From contig NC_058132.1 in the NCBI RefSeq assembly GCF_016433145.1, forward strand, positions 669,492,293 to 669,556,292: DNA of 64,000 nt, in the 5' to 3' direction. Below, one piece after another: positions 54,657 through 64,000 of the stretch; positions within the stretch are counted from its first letter, which is position 1, and each line of letters opens with the position of its first letter. Position numbers and translations under genes: made by a program. Under the pieces are notes generated by a model. That model did not search any database, was not told where the DNA came from, and was given only the letters and a program-made list of their open reading frames with translations. The stretch comes from Gracilinanus agilis. Its lineage: Eukaryota.

Positions 54657-54783
54657 CCTGCTTTAGTTCTATTTTCTTTTTCTAATTGCTGGATTGCTTC
54701 ATATATAAATGGATTGGGCTCCCGGTCGCAACCATTACAAAACTCCAAATAATCGGCTGGGAGAACGTTGAGCGTTGCTACAA
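54657..54783 (-). CDS. LRRC34: LRRC34 coding exon 2
   Basis: VATLNVLPADYLEFCNGCDREPNPFIYEAIQQLEKENRTKA, resembling recalled human YSNLC..KINPFILHILQEVDEE. ctttgtag| and |GTAAGA. Confidence 0.85.
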
Positions 54784-57700
54784 CTACAAAGAAACAAATC
54801 TAATTACAATTCCTTGCACAAGGGCCATTTCTGCAACCAGTTACATAAACAATTGTAGCTCCTCAGTCTGATTATACATGGTCTTAAGCCATCCTATACA
54901 CGGGAGCCACCCTATCTATCTAGCTGTACGTATGACACAAATGACAGACACATCTACCTATTGATGTGTGCCCTGATTCAGAAGCTACCTTCCTTAAAAT
55001 GTGAGATGAGATGAAGCCAGGGGTTCTTAAATCACAGTCTACACAAAGGGTTACACAAACTTGGGCAAGAAAAAAAATTATATCTTTACTTCGATATGTT
55101 TCCTTTAGGATTTTATGTATCTGAAAGCATCCTTCTGAACAGGGTCTACTGTAGGCTTCACTAGGCTGCTAAGAAGGTCCAAGTTGCATAGAGATCATCA
55201 GGGTTGGCTATCTCAGTTCATGGTGAGGGGCTGTTATTGTAAGGGAGTCCAAGGCTTTATAACTTCCATAATTATCAAAGCAGCAGATGATTTAATGAGC
55301 ACATTAGGGATTATCTCTGCATTATCTATAAACAAAAGCTTGCTAGGCACTTTATTACTAACTTGATTTAAGACTGAAAAATGATATGTGGTAGTGAGTT
55401 TTAGAGAATTGGCAGCATCCTCTGAGTAGAGCCCCTTAGAGAAGAGAGCTGTTGCCAAATAGAAGGACCTCCCCCTAATCTGGGTGCTGCCACTGCTTCT
55501 TTCAGAGTCCCTGCACTGACCCTCAGGAAGAGGGTGCTGGGGAAGACTCTGAGGAGATTTCTTCTGCAGACTTTACTCCTGAGAAGCCACTTGGGCTCCT
55601 TTCTTTTTGGCAATACCTACCACTTCTGACTTTCTAGGATGTGGGTAAGTCCAAATGTTGGAAAATAAACTCCTTGAAGGCAGAGACTTTTTTTCTTTAA
55701 CCCCAGTGCCTGGGACATAGTAAAATGTTAAATAAATTTTTGATTGATTCTATAGTTTGGAGAAGTACAAGGGAGGGAGTGGGAAGGCCCTAGCTTTTAG
55801 GGTCCATTAGTCCAGGGGTTCTTAACTTTTGTGTCCTGCACCCCTTGGGGCGGTTAGTCTATTGAAGTCCATGGATCTCTTTGGGGGAAAGATGATGTGG
55901 GAGAAAAAAATGATATCCCAAACTGGGGGTATGCAATACCTTAATTTCTGCTGGCTTGGCTCCCCTTCTCTTCATACACATATGACATAAAAGACAATCA
56001 TGAATAGTGAGTTTTATCAAAGCAAGCAGTAAATCACTAAGGAGGAAGCCAAGCCAATTCCTAAGGGTAAAGGAGACCCTGCAATTGGGGAGTGAGATGA
56101 AATCTTAGCCAGGGAGAAAACCATCTCACCAGACTAGTTCTACTCTTACTAGCCTTTGGAAGGAGGTTCAGGTGGCGAAAGTCAGGTCCATGTTGGGGTG
56201 CTGTCTTTTCCCCACATGTCTAAGGCTCTGAGGGCCTGCTGTCGATCATCCAAAGTTTTTACCTTCTCCTCATATCTGGGTCTGTTTCTCCCTCTCTTCA
56301 TATTTCTCCCAGTTTCCTCTAGGCAGTATGCATATTGCCACAGGGTTATCCTTCAGGGGACCCCCCCACCAAGCCCACTTGAGGATGGACTATATAAACA
56401 TATGGCTTTCCATAAAATGTGAGCTCCTGGGGAGCAAGGATTATTTTCTCATTATCTGTAATCCCAGGGCTTGGCACAGAAACTGGCACATGCAGAGGGT
56501 GCTTAATGAATGCATTGACGATCAACTCCCTGTCAACTTGGAGTGAGTGGGGTTTTCATCCTAACTTTGTGAGCCAATTATAAATTATTAAACATCAAAT
56601 AACTACTGAATGATCCTGATTCTCACTGTCATGGGAAGCACAAACAAAAACCCATACTCTTGTTAAATGGGGCCCACCATTGAGGCCAGATACCCATGGG
56701 GTTCTCTCCATGTAGGGAGGTTCTCTAACAGTTCCTACTTGAGGATAACATGGTGCTGACCCCTCAAGACCCCTACGAGTACTCAAGCCTCATCAATGAC
56801 ATCTATAGCCTCTCCAAAGTTTGACCTGACCAGATTCATAGGGAAACCAAGTGGATCAAGGAAGCCCTTTGGGCAGATGAAGATAGCAGGAAGTTAGATG
56901 GAGAGTCCACCTAGGCAGGACACAAATCTTTGACAGGCCCTGCAGGTAAGCAGTGGTCTGCTGAGGACCAGAGAGGAAGAAAAGCAGGTTGGAAAGCAGA
57001 AACTGACCCCAAGTGACTCCCTGACATAAAAACAAATTTCTTTCTTTTTAAAAATGCTTAACTTTCATTTTTTAAAGAAAAATAATGGAAGGACCAATGG
57101 CAAAGACTAGGAAATAGGTCAGGGGCTGGATTTGTGATTTTAGGGAATAAGGAACTTCCCTCTTCTAATTATTATCTTCCCTATAGCCTCACTAGACTCT
57201 TAGATCAGTCTTTTTTTGAGGGGGGGCAAATTACTGTTAACCTTTCTAGGACTCAGTTTCCTCATTTTTAAGATGAGGGGCTTGGGTCAGGCGTTCTTCT
57301 AGGGGTCCTTCCAGCTTGAAATTTATGATCCTAAGGGACTGGAGGGGTCAAGAGACTGGCCTCCGGTCACTCACCTATCAAGAAAGGATTCCGATTGTGG
57401 TCTTTGAGGCCAAGTTCAGAGTGTCTCCTTTGGGGTCCCCCTAACCACTGAGGGCACTTGTGGCGTGCCAGGCACTGGTCAAGTGGGCAGGCTCAGAAGC
57501 TGCCAGCCCAGACCAGCCCGGGCAGCGCCCTGGCTATAGGTCAGGAAGGGAGCCCAGAAGGATTCAGGGACTTGTCCAGGGGTCGGTCTCTCGGTAATTA
57601 GGAGGCAGCAGAGGCAGGATCGGAACCCAGATGGCCCCTTCTCCTCCCCCTGGTCCCTCAGACTCAGCTGTGCCCATCAGGCATTTACCGAGTACCTCCG

Positions 57701-57876
57701 AGGTGCCAGAGAACATGCCCAGCTGGGGGCAGGGGGCGGAGAGGTACCTCCAGAACCTGCCCACTCTAGTGGAACGGAGGTGGAGTCGGCCCGGGGGTCG
57801 GGGAGAGCTTCGTCCTTCCCCGGTGGTCCTCCTGGGCCGCGGGAAAGGAGAGGGGCGGGCTCCGTACGCTACCTAC

Positions 57877-58081
57877 TCGCTTCTGGCAAGGCGGGCATAA
57901 GAGATGAGGCGGAGGCGTCCATGGAGTTGGTGGCGAAGGAAACGACGGAGGGGCGGTAGCCGGAGACTGAGGGGCGGTAGGCGGAGACGGAGGGGCGGTA
58001 GGCGGAGACGGAGGGGCGGTAGGCCTCCCATTCTCCCTTGGTGCGGCCCATCCCCCGACCCGCAGGACGTGAAATCGACAT
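57877..58081 (-). CDS. LRRC34: LRRC34 predicted coding exon 1 (contains 7-aa tandem repeat)
   Basis: gccATG at 58081 in a CpG island. A phase-1 donor A|GTAGGT matches the phase-1 start of exon 2. The N-terminus is not recognisably conserved, and a downstream ATG (MDASA or MPALPE) could be used instead. Confidence 0.6.
57944..58024. repeat. 21-bp minisatellite, about 3.9 copies (GACGGAGGGGCGGTAGGCGGA)
   Basis: Units start at 57944, 57965, 57986 and 58007 (last one partial); at most one mismatch each. Confidence 0.97.
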
Positions 58082-58213
58082 GGCTATTCCAGCGGTGGCT
58101 CAGCCCTGCCTCTCTTGGGGCGGGTGGTTTCCCTAGCGTCCAATCCTGTCCTCGCCGCTCGGGGAGGAGCGAGGCCACGCAGGCCTCAGAGAAAACAGGA
58201 AGACGCTGCGGTA

Positions 58214-58227
58214 GTCGTCATGGCAAC
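58214..58227. promoter_or_regulatory. RFX X-box
   Basis: GTCGTCATGGCAAC fits the consensus GTHNYY-AT-RRNAAC at all 14 positions, 133 bp upstream of the predicted LRRC34 ATG. Confidence 0.65.
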
Positions 58228-59735
58228 TCGACGCTTCCTGTCCTCTCCTCCCCCGCCCCAACCCCATAGAGGGGCGGAGCCACGTGCATCTATGAGCGCG
58301 GCCCTGGAGGCCACAGGGGTAGTCGTGGCGTCACCTCCCAGGTCCTTCCGCAGGCTATTCGGATCCTAACCGACCGCAGTCGCCTGCTGCAGAGGCTCCG
58401 CCCTCCCCCCAACCGCCCTGCCCCCTTCGGCTCACTCCGGAACACTGAGTCTGCGCACAAGCTGATTCTAGCTGGTTAGAACCCACGTGCGCCGGGGCGA
58501 GCAAGTGAGTGAGAACGAGGTGCGCCCCGCCCCCATACCAGTCCGCTGGTGGCGGGGAGGCTCCGCGTGGTCGGGTAGCGGCCCTGCTCGCCACCTTGAG
58601 AAGGCGGGTTCGAATCTTCCCACTAGTTTTTGCGCATGGGCCGGGGCCCGGAAAACGGGGGACCGCCTTATCCGAGAAACGGAAAGTTAGAGAAGGCGCC
58701 GTAGAGTCAGTGATGGAGAATGGTTCTGGAAATAGGTGGGGCGATGGCGCGCTGCCCCATTTTACAGAAAGGGAAACTGAGGCAGACATCCCCTACTACG
58801 GACCAGGCCCCCGCTGATCGTTTGACCAAAATTTATCTCGCTTAGAATGATTATATACGTAGTATTACTTATGTAATTATATGTATTATATGGTATTACC
58901 TCAATTTTAGAGGGGGAAACTGAGACAAGCAGGCCGACTTCCCAAAGTCACGCAGGCTGAGCAATTTACAAATATTTATGTCGTGTGATCCTTGCAGCAA
59001 TATTAGCCCCATATTATAGGTGAAGAAACAGAAACAAACAAAGGGTTAACTGACATGCCCAGAGTCACACCACTGGTGCCTGAGGCAGGATTTGAATTCG
59101 TGTCTTGCTGACTTCAAGCTGGAAACTCTGGCCACTTCACTCCTGGCTGCCCGTTTTACAGATGAGGAAACTGAGGCAAACAAGTTCATTGACTTGTTCA
59201 GGGTCACACAGAACTAGTTATGGGTCAGAATTGAATTTGAACTCAGGTCTTCGAGATTTCAGGTAGGAGGCTTTATCTACTGCTTCCTTCTAGTTACTAC
59301 TATTCAAGAAATGAATAACCTCAGCACTCATCTTGATAGCAGAACTTGAAAAGCACTTTATGCACATTTTCTCATTTGACCTTCAGAACAATCCTAGGTA
59401 GTAGGGCTTTTATCATCCGCATTTTACTGAGAAAACTAAGGACTGGAGAGGTTAAATGACTTCATTCCATAAACCTGGGCTTCAAAAAGTCCTGTGCTCC
59501 GAGATTCAGATCCTATGTGCTAGGGCAGGGATTGAGCTTGGGGTATCAAAATTCGCCAAAAAAACCGAGCATAACTCGGGCAGTGTGTCATTTTGAGGAA
59601 AAAAAACCCCATAATTTCGTGATATTTCTAGTTTAAATAACAAAAATGTATAATTGCAATATATAACTGTATTTAATAAACCAAAATAGGTAAATTAATA
59701 TAGGTAGAATTGTCATCTATAGTGCACAGAGTGTC

Positions 59736-59862
59736 TACACTACACTACACTACACTACAGCAAATATATCATCATAACAATGGGTAGAAAGTTTATATCC
59801 ATGATATAGGATAGACAGATATTCAGATGGATGGGTGGGTGGATGGATGGATGGATGGATGG
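59736..59862. repeat. (TACAC)n and (GATG)n simple repeats
   Basis: Read directly from the sequence. Confidence 0.85.
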
Positions 59863-60876
59863 ACAGATATAGACAGATGGCTGTCCAGAGGGGTAGATGG
59901 ATGACTCTTCAGATAAATGACAGGTCATAGAGATAGATAGTAATTAGATGAGAGATGCATAACTCGCTGGAGCAGTTATTATGCACATACTGTTTGCCAA
60001 ACTACTTCTGTGGTGCAAGATGGTTTGAGGGTTTCCATTCTAATGAGGGAAGACCACATACAAAGGGGTTTCTGGAAAGGAGGGGGTTCAGGGTCATAGG
60101 CCAGGAAATGGTGTTGAGGTCCTGGGCCTTGGCAAGAGAAGGAAAGAGTTGACCTATCAAAGAGAGTGGACCCAGGGTCTGAGCCCAAAATTCTGATGGG
60201 AGGGTGAGGGGGGAGCAAGTACCAGATGTGCAGGAAGCGAAGCTGCTTCCCAGATGCATTAATGGGAGGAAGGTGGGAAGGATAATCTTTTCTCTGTTGA
60301 CTAAATAAGAGAACCAACTGTTGTAATTCCTCTTATCCTGGAGAAGAATACCCAAATGCCTTTCTATCTGTCTACCTGAGCATTTGAAATGCTATCAAAG
60401 GGAGGAGAATTAAGTTTTGTACCACTGAGTCATCCCCAGTCAACTTCTGTCACTCCCTGTTGTCCACTGGATAAATCAGAGCCCCCTCCCAGGCACTGAG
60501 AACCATCTAGTCTGGCTCCGACTCACTTCTCCAGGGTCATCCCATTCTCCTTTCCAGCCTGACTGAACTAGTTGGCTCTCCTCCCTCTGCAGCACTCCCT
60601 CTGCTATGCTTCTGTGGGTGCACATACATGGTTTTCCTTGAATGCCTTTTCTCCTCATCTCTGTTGTTGAAACCTTCCTCTTCCTGGTGACCCAGCCAAG
60701 AGACTGGGCTTCAAACAGTGCCTCAGAAGCTTACCAACTTTGAAACTCTGGGCTGGTCACTCTGTTTTCTCAATTGTAGATTGGGGATAAATAACAGTCC
60801 CAGGACTGTTGTGAGAGTGAGATAATACTTAGAAAGAACTTAGCATATAGGAGGTACTACCGAAGTATTTATTTCT

Positions 60877-61083
60877 GGGGACACCTAAGTGGCTCAGTAG
60901 ATTGAGAGCCTGGTCCAGAGCTGGGAGCTCCTGAGTTCAAATTCTGGCCTCAGATACGTCCTAGCTGTGTGACCCTGGGCAGGTCACTTAACCCCATGGC
61001 CTAGCCCTTACCACCCTTCTGTCTGGAGCCAATACACAGTGTTGATTCTAAGATGGAAGGTAAGGGTTGAAAATAAAAAATAA
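60877..61083 (+). mobile_element. SINE1_Mdo-type
   Basis: Typical body with A-rich tail. Confidence 0.88.
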
Positions 61084-61609
61084 ATGTTTATTTCCTCCTC
61101 TTTAAGGTCTGACTCAGGTGCCACCAAAGCAGATTTTAGCCAAATATAATGTGGAAAAAGAAAAAATACAAGGTAGAAGAGTCTAATAATTAGAACTCTC
61201 AAGAATGGAATGGAATATTTTCTGATGCAAATAATAATAACAATAGCTGCTAACATTTATTTAATGCTGCAAGGTGAGCAAAGTCCTCTATATGTTATTT
61301 AACTTGATCCTGAGTGAATGAGGTGCCTGGTTGTCCAGGTAAAGAAACTGAGGCTGAGATGAAGGTTGTGACTTGTGCAGAGTCATACAACTAGTAAGAA
61401 TCTGAGGCAGGATTCAAACTCCAGTTTTCAGACATCCCATCCAATGCCCTATTCTAAACACAATGAATTTTTATCTCTAGAAGGAGAAAGAGAAAGCCAT
61501 ATTGGGAGGAATGTTGTTCTATTGTACCAAAAGCTAAATTCTGTATTTTCCCTCTTCCTCCTCAAAACTTTAGATTTTAATATTTGGATTTCATCATTCT
61601 GCAACCAAG

Positions 61610-62653
61610 ATGTTTGCAGACCATGTTTTGAAACTTCTGTCAGGGAAGCAAAAAGGTTCTTCTCTAGCCAAGCCCCAACCAGAAGCCCCACCAGAACGAG
61701 TTGGTGACAAAAAATATTTCCTGGATGCTTCCAATCAAAACCTCACCTTTATCCCATCTAGCATCTTGAAACTTTGGGAGCTTGAAGAATTACACTTAGA
61801 AAACAATGTGCTTGAGGGCATCTCCAGAGAAATCCACAATCTCACCAACCTGAAGATTCTCTATCTGAACAACAACGACATGAAACTTATTTGCAGAGAC
61901 CTCGGAGAATTGTCAAATCTTCAAAGTCTGGACTTCAGCAACAATCCCCTGGTTCCCACCACTTTGCCCATCATTGCCCAACTGCGGGCCCTTCGGTACC
62001 TCCGACTTTATAAAATCCAACTGGAGAAATTCCCCATTCAGATCTGTAAATGTCTGCATCATCTGGAGCTGCTGGGCCTGTCTCACAACAAGCTGAAGGA
62101 TCTGCCCAAAGAAATTGTAAACCAGACCAAACTGAAAGAGATCTACCTGCAGGATAACCAATTTGAAGCCTTCCCCCAGGAGTTGTGCGCCCTTTACAAC
62201 TTGGAGATCATAGACCTGGAGCAGAACCGAATCCCCGTCATTCCGGACGAGATCAGCAGCCTGACAAAATTGGAGAAATTTTTCATTGGCTCTAATGTCG
62301 TAACGGTCCTCCCTGATTCTCTGGGGAGCTGTAACAAGCTCATAGTCCTGGATGTTTCCAATAACTACCTGCACAATCTGCCCTCCACCCTCAAAGAACT
62401 GACGGAAATAAAGGAGCTGGGCCTTTCTGGGAACTGCATGGAGAAGGTGCCCAGGCTCATCTGCAAGTGGACGATGCTTCATCTCCTGTACATGAAGAAC
62501 ACCTGTCTGAAAACCCTTCGCCGCTCCTTCAGAAGGCTGCTGAATGTTACCATCTTAGATATGAGTCAGAATTTCTTTGATTTTTTCCCTTCAGAGATCT
62601 GTGCTTTGAAAAACCTGGAGCTTCTGTCCCTGGATGACAATCATATCTGCCAG
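61610..62653 (+). CDS. LRRIQ4: LRRIQ4 first coding exon (tandem LRRs); gene continues beyond the window
   Basis: 348 codons with FLDASNQNLT, LPKEIVNQTKLKEIYL and LSGNCMEKVPRLICKWT, matching recalled LRRIQ4. Donor CAG|GTACAG at 62653. Head-to-head with LRRC34, as in human. Confidence 0.93.
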
Positions 62654-62959
62654 GTACAGATCTCTTACTTTCCCAGGGCTTCCATGGGCATATTAACCAG
62701 AGCTGGAAAGGGTTTGCAGAGATCATCTGGACTCATCCATCCATTTTACTGAGGAGGAAACCGAGGCCTAAGCTAGGACTCGTGACTAAATTCAAACTTG
62801 AACTCCTTGACTTTAAATTCATCCCACTATATCTCATCTTCCCATCCTTCAGTTTTAGCTTCATTATTGGGATATATTTACCTGGATGACTATGAGGCTT
62901 CCTCAATGAAACTGAAAATGGCTAGATGAAAATATTCACTTAGAAAATAGATAAGTGCA

Positions 62960-63056
62960 GGGCAGCTGGATGGCTAGCCCTTATTTCTCCTCTTCTGCCT
63001 TGAAACCAATGCACAGTATTGATTCTAAGATAGGGGGGGAATGATTAAAAAAAAAA
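62960..63056 (+). mobile_element. Internally deleted SINE1
   Basis: GGGCAGCTGGATGGCT is fused directly to AGCCCTTA..., followed by the normal 3' end and A-tail. Confidence 0.7.
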
Positions 63057-63129
63057 CCCAAACTAAGGCATTGAATTTCTGGGAATCCCAAATATGAGAA
63101 TTAGAATTTAATACTGATATTTTTCTCAA

Positions 63130-63930
63130 AGGCTCTATCCTGGGTCTTCTCTCTCTGTGCTCTGTTACTTGGTGACTGCATAAGTTCTGATGGATTCAAT
63201 CATCTTCTCTTTGTAAATGACTGTTAGACCTTTGCATCTAATGCGTGCTTCTCTCTTGACCCCCCAGTCCAGAATCACAAACTGTCTCTTGGATATTTCC
63301 AAATGGATCTCCCATAGGCACCTCTGAGTCGAAAACAAAACTCATTATCTTTGCCCCCAAACAGATCCCTCTTCTCAGCTTCCCACTTTCTGTCAAGGGC
63401 ACAAGCCACCTTCTAGTCACTCAGTTTCACAATCCCAGCATCATCTTCAGCTCTGCCTCCTTATGCTCACAAAGCAGGTACCAAAGCTTGTTTCTACTCC
63501 CACAACAACTCTCACCTCCCATTCATGCGATGACCACCCCGCCTGCGATGATCATTGCAGGGTCCTCCCTTTTGGTCCTCCTGCCCCATATCTCTCTGCA
63601 CCCCAATCTATTCTTTTTATACAACCCCTAAACTGATTTTCCTAAAGCACAGGTCTGTCCTCCCTCTTACCTCTAGGATCAGATAGAAACTTCTCTGTTT
63701 AAATTTAAAAATGAAAATAATTTCACAGCCAAGTCTGATCCTCCTTTTCCGGCTTTGTTACACTCTCCTTGCCTTCTGGCTGCTCCTCACATATGACCTT
63801 TGATCTCCCATCTCTGTACTTTTCTTTCACTCGCTACCTGCTGTGGCTAGAATACACCCCTTTTTTAGAATTCCCTCTTAGAATCTCTGATTTCCTTCTA
63901 TTTTCAGCCAAAAGGACACCTTTGCAGGAG
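63130..63930 (+). mobile_element. Old L2 LINE 3' region
   Basis: CTGTCTCTTGGATATTTCCAAATGGATCTCCCATAGGCACCTC and AAAACTCATTATCTTTGCCCC are L2-like. Confidence 0.6.
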
Positions 63931-64000
63931 GCCTTTCCTGGTCCTGCAACTGCCAGTAACTTTCCACCCTGGATTCTATCCTATGTACTTTGGATGTATT

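Larger units (their letters stand above)
57600..58820. promoter_or_regulatory. CpG island promoter of LRRC34 (upstream of LRRIQ4 on the other strand)
   Basis: Dense CpG. GC box GGGGCGGAGC at 58271-58280; E-boxes CACGTG at 58281-58286 and 58484-58489. Confidence 0.85.

Noticed and set aside
57944-58024. CRISPR-like array
   Set aside because: Units are contiguous with no spacers, and the context is eukaryotic.
57873-58269. Arg-rich (+) and RLRLPPL-repeat (-) ORFs
   Set aside because: Alternative readings of the 21-bp minisatellite. The minus-strand one starts at GTG, and neither splices in phase to LRRC34 exon 2.
58556-58628. Intact tRNA gene
   Set aside because: The acceptor stem does not pair and the T-stem is weak. 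Kept only as a low-confidence Pol III motif finding.
58355-58789. 144-aa minus-strand ORF as LRRC34 exon 1
   Set aside because: It ends in a stop with no phase-compatible donor and shows no homology; typical CpG-island ORF.
61913-62482. 189-aa minus-strand ORF
   Set aside because: Antisense shadow of the LRRIQ4 exon.
62654-62752. C-terminal part of the 380-aa LRRIQ4 ORF
   Set aside because: Read-through past the CAG|GTACAG donor; LRR periodicity stops there.

Overview
Eukaryotic (marsupial, probably didelphid, Monodelphis-like) genomic DNA. The species call rests on about 14 SINE1_Mdo-type copies and is inference. The window holds three genes in the order seen at human 3q26.2. MYNN (+) is complete: 7 coding exons at 145-21635, 1851 nt, 616 aa, BTB plus 8 C2H2 fingers. 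LRRC34 (-) has 11 coding exons at 58081-37953, 1470 nt, 489 aa; exon 1 is less certain. The first coding exon of LRRIQ4 (+) is at 61610-62653. I assembled all exons by hand, and every junction has GT-AG with matching phase. The rest is largely transposable-element sequence: a 3'-truncated class-I ERV with a tRNA-Arg primer site in MYNN coding intron 1, solo LTRs, decayed L1/CR1/L2/RTE, SINEs and hAT MITEs. Best observations beyond the gene models: two ~94%-identical 206-bp hAT MITEs (one nested inside a SINE), an in-frame 21-bp minisatellite in the predicted LRRC34 N-terminus, an RFX X-box in the LRRC34 promoter, an AHCY retrocopy, a TM/coiled-coil leader and an Asn-rich Gag tail in the ERV, and a strongly GC-shifted MYNN BTB exon. 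I found no convincing new multi-gene system, CRISPR array or intact RNA gene. Homology calls come from recalled sequences, not database searches.
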